The notes: generated by a model from the sequence alone, not told the origin. Positions 1 to 12,399 are shown, numbered from the stretch's first letter. The stretch is DNA of 64,000 nt from Centroscyllium fabricii (GCA_051313645.2 JBNRSN020000007.1:35526001-35590000); one strand, 5' to 3'. Numbers and translations: made by a program.

Positions 1-413
1 ATAAATAAAAGGTCAGCAGAACAGGAATACCTTAAGATATGACTAGCTAATCTCTTGACATGGCGTCTGTTTTTCTCCTTACTCATACCAGGCCATCTTG
101 ATTCTAAGGCCGGTGTTTACTTTCCTATGTCCTTGGCTATCTTAAGTTGATTAGGGAAGACTCTTTGTTCTGCACATCTAAGCTAACTGTTGGGGGACAG
201 CATGGTCTGCAAACTGAAGTTCCCTTATCCTATCGAAAATTGAAACAACTGCTAATTAATTCTAGGCAAGTCATAGTGTCAGCCATTTTGTATCTTTTAT
301 TCTGTGTCTTGCGAAGCCATTTTGTACCCAAGTAATCTGGTCCTGCAGGAGTTCCAGGCTCCACTCTGTGTTGCCTGACTGTGCTCCATAATAATAAGGA
401 AATACACTTCTAC
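1..413 (-). repeat. 3' LTR of the ERV-like element (partial)
   Basis: Aligns to 6130-6543; begins TGTAGAAG on minus strand immediately after purine tract AAAAGGGGGAAA (414-425). Confidence 0.9.
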
Positions 414-450
414 ATTTCCCCCTTTTGTCCTTACTAGGACAATCTAATCC

Positions 451-1560
451 TTAAAATGTTATCTCATTCAATCGCCTTAGTTCTTCCCTGAGGGGACCGT
501 TCTTCTCCTCCTCTTCATTCACCTCCCTCTGCACCATCACACTTCCTTCGGGTATAACTGCCTCACCCAGCCTCTTACAACAGCACTTCATCATTGTGAC
601 AAACAGAATGATACATACAATCACTGCTACTACTACTACTAGTCCATGCGATCATAAGAACATAAGAAATAGGAGCAGGAGTAGGCCAATCGGCCCCTCG
701 AGCCCGCTCCGCCATTTAACAAGATCATGGCTGATCTGATCCTAACCTCAATTTTATTTTTACTCTCCATCCCGCCCAAACCCATGTGATCACCCGGGAG
801 AGGCGCAAATCCAGATAAAAAACCCAGTGGCCAATTTGGGAGAAAAAAATATCTGGGAAATTCCTCTCCGACCCACCTAGGCGATCGAAAACTGGTCCAG
901 GAGATCACATGGCCGATCTGAACCTAGCCTCGTGTCCACTTACCTGCCCGCTCACCATAACCCCTAATTCCCTTTACTTCCAGGAAACTGTCTATCTCTG
1001 TTTTAAATGTATTCAATGTAGTAGCTTCCACAGCTCTCTGGGGCAGCAAATTCCACAGCCCCACCACCCTCTGAGTGAAGGAGTTTCTCCTCATCTCAGT
1101 TTTGAAATGGCAGCCCCTTATTTTAAGATTATGCCCCCGAGTCCTAGTTTCACCCACCATTGGGAACATCCTCACCGCATCCACCCGATCAAGCCCTCTC
1201 ACAATCTTATATGTTTCAATAAGATCGCCTCTCATTCTTCTGAACTCCAATGAGTAGAGGCCCAATCTACTCAGCCTCTCGTCATATATTAGCCCCCTCA
1301 TCCCCGGAATTAACCTAGTGAACCTTCTTTGCACTGCCTCGAGAGCAAGTATGTCCTTTCTTAAATATGGATACCAGAACTGCATAATGTCTGTCCTATT
1401 GATCCCAGCCATCCTTCCAGTATCCAGTCAAACCATCCTTGGCTCTTTGGATTCTCATACTGACTCACTGCATCTCTTGTATGTTTAACAATGTTAGTTA
1501 TATTTTCTGAACTGTCCGGGCTATAGGTACAACATTCACTCCCTATCGAATTCAATTCAC
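451..1560 (-). pseudogene. Retroviral env TM-subunit remnant (gamma-type), interrupted by a CR1
   Basis: IGSECCTYSPDSSENITNIV...QGWFDWILEGWLGSIG (1560-1390), resuming after the CR1 as HGLVVVVVAVIVCIILFVTMMKCCCKRLG...EITF* (648-451): ECC motif, Trp-rich membrane-proximal region, TM helix, cytoplasmic tail, ending just before the PPT. Confidence 0.75.
652..1385 (-). mobile_element. CR1 LINE 3' fragment inserted in env
   Basis: ORF 924-1412 has the CR1 ORF2 C-terminus (QFWYPYLRKD...LEFRRMRGDLIETYK...LWNLLP); 3' UTR and TTCTTATG tail. Confidence 0.93.
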
Positions 1561-2185
1561 TGTTCCGGTGTTCCAATTCTGCCCCGCCTGGGGTATCCTC
1601 TGTTTCTTTTATCTTTCCTGATGTTACCCCGCCTGGGGTCTCCTCTACATTGCTTCGGATCTTCTCTTTCAGTGTGCTCAATTCATTTGTTGGTGCTGGT
1701 TAGTCATGGGCATGCGTACCCAATTGGCCTATGTATCAAAGTCTTACTACATAGTTTACATATATCAAATACGCTATTATTACAAGTTGGATAACTACCA
1801 GAGCATGTGAAACAATACGAACCCAATAGTGTGCTGATGTATTAAGCCCAATATCCCACCAGTGTGAGTTGTCCCCTATGCTATCAATTTCAATATCTAT
1901 TCTCGAGTTGTCTTGCTCCAAAACATAAAAATGCTTCAGGGAGGAGTTCAGTTACATCATAAGCTCACTGAAACCCTCAAACAACAGGGGAATGCCGTAT
2001 CCGAGTATCCAAATTGTGCCACAAAATTGTGTAGCTCATACTTAAAAATATGTTGGTTAATGGGACAGATCCCGTTAGACCTGTAAAGCATGGTAATTGC
2101 TGTAGGAGTGACACCGGAGGCACCACCAAAAATCACCTCATATTGGATTCATACTGGGTTTTTTTCCCACACTCTGTTACCTACA

Positions 2186-2575
2186 CAGGGGTCCCCAACC
2201 TTTTTGGGGCCGCGGACCATTTTGGGCTAGTCAATTTTTTCACGGACCGGGGCGGGGGGATGTGTGCTGGCGGAGTTTTTTTGACTGACCGGGGGTGTGT
2301 GTGCTGGCGGAGGTTTTTTCACTGACCGGGAGGGGCGGGGCTGGCGGAATTTTTTTCACTGAGCGGGGGGGGGGGGGGGTGGGGCGGGGGGGGGTGGTGC
2401 TGCTGAGGGTTTTTGGCCGGTTAAACGGCTTCCGTCTGTGCCTCGTTAAACGTCTTCCGAGGCACAGACGGAAGCGGTCCAAAAACAGCGTGGTATTAAA
2501 AAAAGGCACAGACCCTTCCGTGGACCGGTAAAAATGTCCCGCGGCGGTCCGCGGACCAGCAGTTGGGGACTGCTG
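2186..2575. mobile_element. hAT/Charlie-like MITE
   Basis: TIRs CAGGGGTCCCCAAC / GTTGGGGACTGCTG; ACCTACA repeated on both flanks; internal short GC-rich repeats. Confidence 0.8.
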
Positions 2576-2802
2576 ACCTACAAAACACAATTATTACAGT
2601 CACAGTTTAATTCAGTCTTGCAATCATTTGAAGCGACATTACAGTTTCACATCTAATCAACAAATCATGGACTTAAAAGATTCTCCAGATCTCTCTTTTA
2701 TTCGTATCCATCTTGTGGATATTTCTTGCTAATATGATTTCTCCTTAGCCCTCAATTGTCCCAATCCAGATTCCATGTAACTCTCCACTTCAACTTCAAT
2801 TT

Positions 2803-2978
2803 GACTGTGGCACAGAACCCCAGACCATGGAGCACCTCCTTCGATGTCCTCTGTTAGGTGGACCCTGCACAGCAAAGGACCTAGCACTCTACAACATCAA
2901 GGGACAGCAATGTACCAAGCACTGGTTGGACGTTATATAAGCTGAATAGCTTTGTATATGGACACGAAGAAGAAGAAG
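2803..2978 (+). mobile_element. 5'-truncated LINE 3' end (Ingi/Vingi-like)
   Basis: Encodes DCGTEPQTMEHLLRCP...HWLDVI* (C-terminal zinc knuckle), (GAA)n tail, flanking duplication AACTTCAATTT / AACTCCAATTT. Confidence 0.7.
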
Positions 2979-4246
2979 AACTCCAATTTCAGTCCCTCTA
3001 ACAGTGTGTTTAACTCTATTCTGATTGTTTCATTAACTAGATAGTTTCTCGATGGAGCATGTGTCAATGCTTTAAAGGTTGTCTCACTCTCCTGAGCCAC
3101 ATTAACCATTTCATGTCTTGTTGCTGCCAAGTAACTGAGCATGTCTGAGACTCGTTCTTCAGTGGAGATTTACCAGTCATTTCCGGATGGTAATTGCTTC
3201 ATGCGTAACACATCACATTTGCACACTCATATCGGTATCTCAATATCGTGCCACACGTGTTCTCCGATACAAGCCTTTCTCGGGCTTTCAGGTGATCTTA
3301 TCAAAAGATTGTCTGGAGGTCTTTGTTCAACCTCCTCTGCATGGTCCCGATGTCTTGGGTAGTGGCCAGACTATCAACTTCAGTTTTCTTAAAAAGTTCA
3401 TTAAAGGCAGGGACACAAATGTCTCCAAGAGAAAGCAATCAATTTTCTATTCTTAACTGCACTTTCCTGCCTTTCACTGGAAAGGTTGGAAAATTCTCAA
3501 TTGGTGGTGTAATTCTCCTGTTTCTATCTCGCACCCTCAATCACTTCCTCTCTCCATTTTACACATCCCATTAACTATCATTCATATCTCATTCATGAGC
3601 CCTGGAGTAACTTTTACTGTCCAGTACAATATTTAAGATTGAAAACATATCAAACATTCTCACTTGGTCCAAGTTATTAACACTTTTTATTTATCATTAT
3701 TTTAGAGGATCTTTTATTTTCCCAAAAGTAACCCAATATATAGTGCCTGAGTCCAATTATCAAATCCTAATTGTCGTTCTGTCACTGTGGGGAAATATTA
3801 ACTTAAAATTAAGAGACTTCAATTTAATAATGTCCAATATCTTTACATTTCATACGAAAGTTGTTGCTCGTTGAACTTAGACAGCTGTCTGTGGAAAGGG
3901 TTAACTTCTCTGCAGATTTTTAAGAAGCTGGAGCTAAACAATCATGACACACGTAAGCACGTAACTTCACGTAAATTTAAAAAAAACTTTCCCAATCGAA
4001 AAAGACAGTTGTATTTTCACACTTTAACTAAACACTCAGAACAAAATAAAATAGCACATTCTTGCACAGTAAATTGTCATATTTCTTACTGTCCTTTCTT
4101 CAGATGTCTTTCCAAAATACTGTAAAAACATAGAATATGACTGGGACAAATTAATTTTCACATTTAAGCAAATCAAATCGAACTGCTTTGGAAGATTTCA
4201 CCATAACAACCGTGTCTTCCAAGGTTAAATCTTAGACTGAAACTTA

Positions 4247-5025
4247 GGGGGGGGTTTTGCCGGAAGGGCGGGAACCTGGCGGGGAATGGTCTGGCCCGCC
4301 TCTGGCCCCGCCCACCCAAACAGCTGGGAAGGCCACGCAATTTTAGTTTAATTAGATTGTTAAATCCACGCCGGCGGATGCGGGAGGTAATTAGGTCAAT
4401 CGAGTCGGGCTGCATCGGGGCTGCGAGCAGTTTGATTGACAGTTCCAGCACTGGTTGTTGACAGTTCCCATGGAAACACTCCACTGTGACATCACAGTGG
4501 AGTGGAACCAATGGGAACGGTCAAGTGCTGGTGACTGACAGGTGGGCGGGCGGGCTCAGAATTCTTGACAGCTCGCAGCGGCTGTGAGGATCTGTTCATA
4601 ACTGAGATTTCTCAGTTTCTGCTCACAGCTGCTGCAGCCACAGCGGAGTTACTTACTTCTCTAAGGTGCTGGAGGCATGCCAAGCATTTGGCAGCATGTC
4701 CTTCACACCTTGAAGGAGAAAGTTATACCCAGCGCTGTGCTCCCGCTAGGTTTCACCCAGTGGGGTTTAAGGTGATGGGGTTAGGGCGGGAAACAGGGCA
4801 AAATGGCTGAGGGCCCTTAAAATGGCATTAAAGATGCCAATTAAGGGCCCTTAACGAGGTGACAACCCATCCCCGCCGGCGGGAAGGTTTCGGGGCAGGG
4901 AATCTGGGCGGGGGGAAAATGAGAAAGCGGCGGGGATACGGCGGGGGGGGGGACCTGCCGGTTCTGCTATTTTGCCAGCCGGGCCGCCGAAAACCCCGCC
5001 TCACGGGGACATGCAAATCCCCCCC
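4247..5025. mobile_element. PIF/Harbinger-like MITE family A
   Basis: TIRs GGGGGGGGTTTTGC / GCAAATCCCCCCC, TTA on both flanks; homologous copies at 39538-40316 and 63453-64000 in opposite orientation. Confidence 0.8.
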
Positions 5026-5848
5026 TTAATCTTTTGCTAAACAAACTTTTGTTGTTCTTCTCAGTTTTTAAACACCAGCTTAACTTAAATTAGTTCCGTT
5101 TTTTTTTTTTCAGGGCACGATCTTATTTTCACATTCTTAAAACTTCCAAAATCCAAGAAAAGACAAAAGAGCTAAATGCTTTAACTCAGAAGTGGGAGGA
5201 GCTAAAACAAGCATAACAGAATCTTCTTTTAAAGACAGACTTTTCAGACAAAGGAAACACTAATTTCTTCAATATTCATTCACAGTTTTAACACATACAT
5301 TTTACATTGACCTTATACTTTAAGCTAAACAAATAGTCAATTCTCAGTTTGCGTTGTACTCCACTACAGACTGAGTCCTTAACATTTAACTTGTACTTTA
5401 TATGAAGGCTTCTATTTTTTTTTTGAAGGCTTCTATCTAAGCCTTTCTGCCGCGAAACTCTTTTCTCTGGCTCAAGGGACCCACCCTTGATACTGCAGTT
5501 TTAACCTTTTAGCGCTTTTTCACAACCTGGTACCTTTATTAGTCCGGGAAGCAACCCTGCCGACTTTTCCCTTGTCTCCTTTGCCTGATAGTTTTGAGAC
5601 TTGAGCCGTCAGTATCCTTCTCTTTTTAACGTTAAAAATAAAAGAAGCAAAAGTTACAGGATTCAATTCAAATCTAAAACATGAGTCTTAAATGATTGCA
5701 GTACTCCCGTCGGAAGAAACAGACTACACCAATTCAGTATCTAATGAGAAATCCTTATTATGTGATGAAACATCACTGTGGCCATTCAGGATTTGTCGCT
5801 AGAAATTCATGGTGGCTTTGTCCGTGACTTACCGAAAGGCAGCACGCG

Positions 5849-5866
5849 ATCTCGGGGGGACCTCCA
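5849..5866 (-). promoter_or_regulatory. tRNA-Gln primer-binding site
   Basis: Minus strand reads TGGAGGTCCCCCCGAGAT, 17/18 match to the retroviral Gln PBS TGGAGGTCCCACCGAGAT. Confidence 0.85.
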
Positions 5867-5874
5867 AGAAATAC

Positions 5875-6543
5875 TGTCGAAGTCTCGACTCCCGAGTAAG
5901 ACTCTTTGAACATAAAGTATTGTCAAAGGCAGACTTTTATTCTTTTACTTGCAGCAAGGGGAGGGCATGTAGTCAATGGCTATGCTGACCACACCAAAGA
6001 ACATAAGCGAAATGTAACATATTTATACACTAAAAAGGAGCAGGCTTTCTATATCACATGACATGGTATTGAATCATAGTTGACTGCAAAAGTACAGAGT
6101 TTGCAAAGTACAAAGGAATTTGTTCGAGGATAAATAACAGGTCAGCAGAACGGGAATACCTTAAGATATGACTAGCTAATCTCTCGACATGGAGTCTGTT
6201 TTTCTCCTTACTCATACCAGGCCATCTTGATTCTAAGGCCGGTGTTTACTTTCCTATGTCCTTGGCTATCTTAAGTTGATTAGGGAAGACTCTTTGTTCT
6301 GCACATCTAAGCTAACTGTTGGGGAACAGCATGGTCTGCAAACTGAAGTTCCCTTATCCTATTGAAACTATAAGCAACTGCTAATTCATTCTAGGCAAGT
6401 CATACTGTAAGCCATTTTGCATCTTTTATTCTGTGTCTTGCGAAGCCATTTTGTACCCAAGTAATCTGGTCCTGTAGGAGTTCCAGGCTCCATTCTGTGT
6501 TGCCTGATTGTACTCCATAATAATAAGGAAATACACTTCTCCA
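5875..6543 (-). repeat. 5' LTR of the ERV-like element (about 669 bp)
   Basis: TG...CA termini with imperfect inverted repeat, TATA and AATAAA on minus strand, PBS 8 nt downstream; the 5875 boundary is inferred because the partner LTR is cut off. Confidence 0.8.
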
Positions 6544-6985
6544 CCCTGCCTTCTTCCCATATCCATTGATTCCTTTAGCCTTAAGGAATATATCCAACTC
6601 CTTCTTGAATATATTTAATGAACTGGCCTCCACCGCCCTCTGTGGTAGAGAATTCCACAGGTTCACCACTCTCTGGGTGAAGAAATTCCTCCTCATCTCT
6701 GTCCGAATTGGCTTACCCCTTAGACTGTGACCCCTGGTTCTGGACTCTCCGGCCATTGGGAACATCCTTCCTGCATCTAGTCTGTCCAGGCCTGACAGAA
6801 TTTTATAGGTTTCAACGAGATCCCCTCTCTTTCTTCTAAACTCCAGTGAGTATAAGCCCAATTGACACAATCTCTCCTCATACGTCATTCCTGCCATCCC
6901 AGGTATCAGCCTGGTGAATCTTAGCTGCACTCCTTCCATGGCAAGAACATCCTTCCTCAGATAAGGCGACCAAAACTGCACACAC
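6544..6985 (-). mobile_element. CR1 LINE 3' fragment (target of the ERV insertion)
   Basis: ORF 6400-6981 CR1 ORF2 C-terminus, cut at GYGKKAG by the LTR. Confidence 0.92.
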
Positions 6986-7029
6986 TTGTTTGTTTGCAGT
7001 GTCCAACCTCCTTACAACAATTTTTTTGA

Positions 7030-7414
7030 GGGCGGCACGGTGGCACAGTGGTTAGCATTGGTGTCTCACAGCACTGGAGACCCGGGTTCAAATCCAGCCT
7101 CGGGTGACTATCTGTGTGGAGTTTGCACATTCTCCCCGTGTCTGCGTGGGTTTCCTCCGGGTGCTCCGGTTTCCTCCCACAGTCCAAAGATGTGCGGGTT
7201 AGGTTGATTGGCCAGGATAAATTGACCCTTAGTGTTAGGGGGATTGAATATATGGGGATAGGGTTGGATATGTGTCGATGCAGGCTCGATAGGGATTTGG
7301 GGAGAGGGCGGGGGCGGGGTGCTGGGTTTGGATGATCTGCCATGATCTCATTGAATGGCGGAGCAGGCTCGAAGGGCCGAATGGCCTACTCCTGCTCCCT
7401 GTTTCTATGTTTCT
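7030..7414 (+). mobile_element. HE1-like V-SINE, full length
   Basis: tRNA-like head with A/B boxes (GGTGGCACAGTGG, GGTTCAAATCC), V-domain core (GTGGGTTTCCTCCGGGTGCTCCGGTTTCCTCCCACA), CR1-shared 3' tail. Confidence 0.9.
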
Positions 7415-7886
7415 ACTAGTGGCTCTCCTTTGTCAACCTTTTTCAGGCTCTAACATTTGAAGGCGAGATCCTTTGTTGTCTTAGTGTCGGTGATGCATTT
7501 TCCCATCGTGACAGCCTATGGATTATCACCGTATGCATTTGTCTAAACTGGATTAATATCCAGAGAGCGATAATTCAATCGCCAGCATGGCAGTTTGAGA
7601 ATTTGAAATCTGGAAATAAAAAGCTGGTCATCAGTAAAAGTGACCATGAAACTGTCAGATTGTCATAAAAACCCAGCTGGTTCACTGATGTTCTTTAGGG
7701 AGGGAAACCTGTCGGCCTTACCTGGTCTGGTCTATATCTGACTCCAGTGGTTGACTCTTAACTACCCTCTAAAGTGGCCTAGCAAGCCACACGATTGTAT
7801 CAAACTGCTGCACAACAGCAGTTAATACCTTTGGTTAACAGAAATCTATCAATCTCTGATTTAAAATTAACAATTGACCTAGCATC

Positions 7887-8131
7887 TGAAGTAAGCCCCC
7901 AAAGTGTGGACCAAGTCGACAACACTGGCTTGTTGAAAGAGAGACAGACCCGTAATTGAAGTCAAAACGGTTTTATTACAGGCCTGGAGAGCTGATTCAC
8001 GCCCCTCCGTGAACCCAACTCTGACTAGCTGGTAGAAAGCACTCACAGTTATACACAAAATAGCTACACCACCCCCTCGAGGGTCCAACCATTTTACACA
8101 CATTTCATTTACTTGGGGAGGGGCTTCTGAC
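7887..8131 (-). mobile_element. Possible solo LTR
   Basis: TG...CA ends with imperfect inverted repeat (TGAAGTAAGCCCC / GGGGCTTCTGACA), AATAAA on minus near 7972; TSD imperfect. Confidence 0.4.
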
Positions 8132-8324
8132 ACATTAAAGATAACGGACAATGATCTCATTCACTCCATCGCTTTGTCTGTTAAGTTTTGTTTCTGCAGA
8201 AACTGGTCAGCGCATGTAAGTTTTGTTTCCCTGCTCTGCAAGCCAAGCAAAAGGTGGTTAGTATATTAACCCTTTGTGAGTTCATATACTATAGAGCTGC
8301 CTTTCCAACAACTAAACCTTAATA

Positions 8325-8672
8325 CAAGTTGAGCACCGGTAATCCGGCACCTGATGGTCCAACAGCTTCAGTGGTCTGGCACGATTGGAAGTCGGCGCTC
8401 TTCATTTTGGGGAGCAGCCGCTCGGCGGCGCCACCGTTTCACGGGAAGGGTGAGCGAGCGCCGAAGGTGTCGGGCGTTTGGGTTTCTGTTATTTTAGGTC
8501 TTCTAAGTGTTCTATCCCTGGGCTCCCTCCCGGAGAGTGTTCTACCCGCGCGCTCCGGGCCCCGGGGAGTGTTCTACCCGCGTGCACCCCCCGAACCTTC
8601 AGTGGTTCGTAATTTTCAGTGTTCCGGCACCGGCCTGGTCCCGAGGGTGCCGGATTAACGGTGCTCAACCTG
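8325..8672. mobile_element. pogo/Tigger-like MITE (TA TSD)
   Basis: TA-CAAGTTGAGCACCGGTAATCCGGCAC...GTGCCGGATTAACGGTGCTCAACCTG-TA; same family as 38774-39341. Confidence 0.85.
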
Positions 8673-8719
8673 TACTTGCCCTCTATATGTGTTCAATTTT
8701 TAATATTCTACTTCACATC

Positions 8720-9969
8720 AATTGCCGTTTGTGGAAGAAAGTTCCAAACTTCTATCACCCTTTGTGTGTAGAAGTGTTTCCTAATTTCACTCCTGAAAGG
8801 TCTGGCTCAAATTTTTAGACTCTGCCTCCTAGTCCTAGAATCCCCAGCCAGCAGAAACAGTTTCTCTCTATCGACCCTATCAGTTCCCCTTAATATCTTG
8901 AAAACTTCGATCAAGGCATATGAAGGGAGATTGGGTCAATTGGGCTTGTATTCGCTGGAGTTTAGAAGAATGAGAGGCGATCTCATTGAAACTTATAAAA
9001 TTCTAACAGGACTGGACAGACTAGATGCAGGAAGGATGTTCCCGATGGTGGGGGAGTCCAGAACCAGGGGTCACAGTCTAAGGATAAGGGGTAAGCCATT
9101 TAGGACAGAGATGAGGAGGAATTTCTTCACCCAGAGAGTGGTGAACCTGTGGAATTCTCTACCACAGAAGGCAGTTGAGGCCAATTCATTAAATATATTC
9201 AAGAAGGAGTTGGATATATTTCTTAAGGCTAAAGGGATCAAGGGACATGGGGAGAAAGCAGGGACAGGGTACTGAGTTTGGATGATCAGCCATGATCGCA
9301 TTACATGGCGGAGCAGGCTCGATGTTTCTTTGCAAGTCACCCTTTAACCTTCGAAGTTCCAGGGAATACAACCCTGGTTTGTGTCATCTCTCCTTTGGAC
9401 TTAATCTTCGGAGTCCAGGTATCATTCTGGTAAATGGATGGATAGCTGGCTGGCTTCAGGACAGAAAGCAGAGAGTGGGAGTAAAGGGTAGCTATTCACA
9501 GTCGCAGAAGGTGGGTAGTGGTGTTCCACAAGGACCAGTGCCGGGACCACTGCTGTTCACAATTTACATTAACGATTTAGACTTTGGAATCAAAAAACAC
9601 AATTTCTAAATTTGCAGAGGACACCAAATTGTGGGGTGGGAGCTGGGGGGGGAATAGTCAATACTGAGGAGGACTGAAACAAATTACAGGAAGACATTAA
9701 GAAACTGGCAGAATGGGCATATATTTGGCAAATCAAATTCAACACTAATAAATGTGAGATACTACATTTTGATAGGAAAAATTAGGGGGTTACTCATCAC
9801 TTGGAGGGTACGAGTCTGAGTGGGGTAGAGGAGCAAAAGGGATCTCCGAGGACAAATATACAAATCACTAAAAATAGAGACACAGGTCATAAAAAAGCAA
9901 ACCAAGCACTAGGGTTCATTTCTAGAGGGATAGAATTGAAAAGTAGTGAAGTTATGCTAAACCTGTATT
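8720..9969. mobile_element. Nested CR1 fragments (minus 8720-8915 and 9325-9430; plus 8918-9320 and 9431-9969)
   Basis: ORF2 motifs LEFRRMRGDLIETYK, SGVPQG.V.GPLLFTIYINDLD. Confidence 0.85.
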
Positions 9970-10652
9970 GTTGTAAGAAGTCACACAACACCAGGTTATA
10001 GTCCAACAGTTTTATTTGAAATCACAAGCTTTCGGAGCGCTGCTCCTTCATCAGGCGAAGTGACGAGATTCATTTAAACATTATATATATATAGAGAGAG
10101 AGAGAACAATGTGGTCTCTCCAACTGTTTCACATCACACCTCAGCTGAGGGACATCAAAGCAATCAAAGGTGTTCTAACATATCAGTCAGCCTGAGATCA
10201 AAGGGTGCAGTCACAAAGGGTCAAATGTTACAGTCTGCTGTCTGTGAAAATCCCACAGAATGATTAAAAAAAGGATTTTCCTTACTGAAAATCGCAAAAC
10301 AAGCCAAAGATGATTCGCGTCAGGATGACTCTACGTCAGGCGGGGTCACATGTAGCGTGACATAAATCCAATATCACGGTTGAGGCCGTGCTCATGGGTG
10401 CTGAACTTGGCTATCAGCCTCTGCTCGACGATTTTGCGTTGTCATGTGTTTCGAAGGCCACCTTCGAGAATGCTTACCCGATGATCGGAGGCTGAATGTC
10501 CTTGACTATATATATCTCGTCACTTTGCCTGAGGAAGGAGCAGCGCTCCTAAAGCTTGTGATTTCAAATAAAACTGTTGGACTATAACCTGGTGTTGTGT
10601 GACTTCTTACAATTGTCCACCCCAGTCCAACACCGGCACCTCCACATCATGG
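9970..10652. mobile_element. Penelope-like element remnant with inverted pseudo-LTRs
   Basis: 9970-10067 is the reverse complement of 10516-10612; minus strand 10500-10345 encodes HSASDHRVSILEGGLRNT*QRKIVEQRLIAKFSTHEHGLNRDIGF (GIY-YIG C-terminus); interrupts a CR1. Confidence 0.85.
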
Positions 10653-10654
10653 CT

Positions 10655-11440
10655 ACAAACTTGTATTGAACCTTGGTTAGACCACACTTGGAGTACTGTG
10701 TACAATTCTGGTCGCCATATTATAAAAATGATATAGAGGCACTGGAGAGGGTGCAGAGAAGATTTACAAGGATGATACCAGAAATGCGAGGGTTTACATA
10801 TCAAGAAAGGACGAACAGGCTGGGTCTCTTTTCTCTTTGAAAAAAGACTGAGGGGTGACCAATTAGAGGTCTTTATAAAATTATGAAAGGTTTTGATGGA
10901 GTGGATACAGAGTGTGTGTTTCTACTTGTGGGGAAGAGCATAACTAGAGGCCATCAATATAAGATAGTCACCACAAAATCAAATAGGGAATTCAGAAGAA
11001 ACTTCTTTACCCAGAGAGTGGTGAGAATGGGGAACTCGCTACCACAGGGAGTAGTTGAGGCGAATAATGTAGATGCATTTAAGGGGAAGCTGTAAGGATA
11101 ACTGTAGCTGTCGTAAAGACAGCACAGGTTTGACTTACAGCTGACGTCACACATACTGGCGGGAGCCGATGCCATCTTAGCCCATGCTGCAGATTAGGCT
11201 TGGAGTGACCAGAGAAAGACCTAATAAAAGAAGCTCCTTTACAACTTGGTGTTGGTCTACTGTTTGATCATTCAATTAACATTACAGAAGCTAGATAAGC
11301 ATATGAGGGAGAAGGGTATCAAGGGTGACGCTGATAGATTTAGATGGGAGGAGGCTCGAGTGGAGCATAAAGGCCGGCATGGACTGGTTGGGCCAAATGG
11401 CCTGTTTCTGTGCCGCATATCCCATGTAATCCTATGTAAA
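10655..11440 (+). mobile_element. CR1 3' portion (continuation of 9431-9969), interrupted by solo LTR
   Basis: LVRPHLEYCVQFWSP...RRNFFTQRVV motifs; ATCCTATGT tail. Confidence 0.88.
11091..11286 (+). mobile_element. Solo LTR
   Basis: TGTAA...TTACA termini, AATAAA near 11223, 5-bp TSD GAAGC. Confidence 0.8.
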
Positions 11441-11858
11441 TCTACGCTGCACTTCCTCCAAGGCCAATATATCCTTCTTGAGGTGTGATGCCCAGAACCG
11501 CTCTCAGTACTCCAGGTATGGTCTAACCAGGGCTTTGTACAGCTGTAGCATAACTTCTATAATAAGCACTTATTGTTATAAACATTAAGAATTAAGGGAG
11601 TAATCCTTCAATTGCTCCTTGACAAATAGACACACCAATAATTAAGGGGCAATGTATTAAAATGTGTAACAGCTGTTTACACCCCAGAGCAATTTAAGAA
11701 GCATCGGTAAAAGTTTGTGCCTGTTCCATGAATGCTAATACACAAAATGACTACACCTTAATGCATAAGGACATTTTTTTTCACCCAGAGGGTGTTTGGT
11801 ATCTGGAACTCACTGCCTGAAAGGGTGGTAGAGGTAGGAACTCTCACAACATTCAAGA

Positions 11859-12163
11859 TAGGCCCTGTGACTGCACCCCTTTGATGTGTTTTTTTTTTTG
11901 CTTTAATAAGGGGGAAAAAAATCATTCTGTGTGTTTTGAGCATGTGACCACCCTTGCAATTGTGCCCCATTGTTCGCAGATTGAGGTGTTAAGGTATGCT
12001 AATATGCTTGTGTGCTCTAGGGGAAGAGGTCGGATTTCTCCCTTCCTCCGATATGTGTGATCTTTAAATCAGTCTCTTCTGTCACCTGAGGAAGGAGCAG
12101 CGCTCCGAAAGCTTGTGATTTAAAATAAAACGTTGGACTATAAACCTGGTGTTGTGTGACTTT
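11859..12163 (+). mobile_element. Penelope-like 3' fragment inserted in a CR1
   Basis: pLTR motif CCTGAGGAAGGAGCAGCGCTCCGAAAGCTTGTG; flanking AACATTCAAGA duplicated. Confidence 0.7.
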
Positions 12164-12399
12164 TAACATTCAAGAAGCATTTAGATGAGCACTTGAAATG
12201 CCATAGCATACAAGGCTACGGACCAAGTGCTGGAAAATGGGATTAGAATAGACAGGGCTTGATGGCCGGCATGGACACGATGGGCTGAAGGGCCTCTTTC
12301 TGTGCTGCAGAACTCTATGACTCTATGACTCCTTCGGTTTTCAAACCATGATTTCTTGGAAGTGTTGGGTAATACTACAATCAAATAGAAAGTAGTTTG

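Larger units (their letters stand above)
1736..3142 (-). pseudogene. Second, upstream envelope/fusion-glycoprotein-like remnant
   Basis: Heptad-like NYLVNETIRIELNTLLEGLKL (about 3050-2985), Cys-rich NDCKTELNCDCNNCV (about 2630-2585), then IPLLFEGFSELMM*LNSSLKHFYVLEQDNSRIDIEIDSIGDNSHWWDIG...IVSHALVVIQLVIIAYLIYV; broken by stops, frameshifts and two insertions. Confidence 0.45.
1..6543 (-). mobile_element. Endogenous retrovirus-like LTR element, non-autonomous (3' LTR truncated by window edge)
   Basis: Direct repeat 1-413 vs 6130-6543 (about 19 mismatches counted by eye); LTR termini TGTAGAAG...CTTCGACA on minus strand; AATAAA (5936-5941) and TATAAAT (6021-6027) on minus; PBS at 5849-5866; PPT at 414-426; env-like remnants inside; inserted at the 3' end of a CR1 that resumes at 6544. 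Confidence 0.88.

Noticed and set aside
7030-7105. tRNA gene
   Set aside because: tRNA-derived head continues into the V-SINE core and LINE tail, with many dispersed copies.
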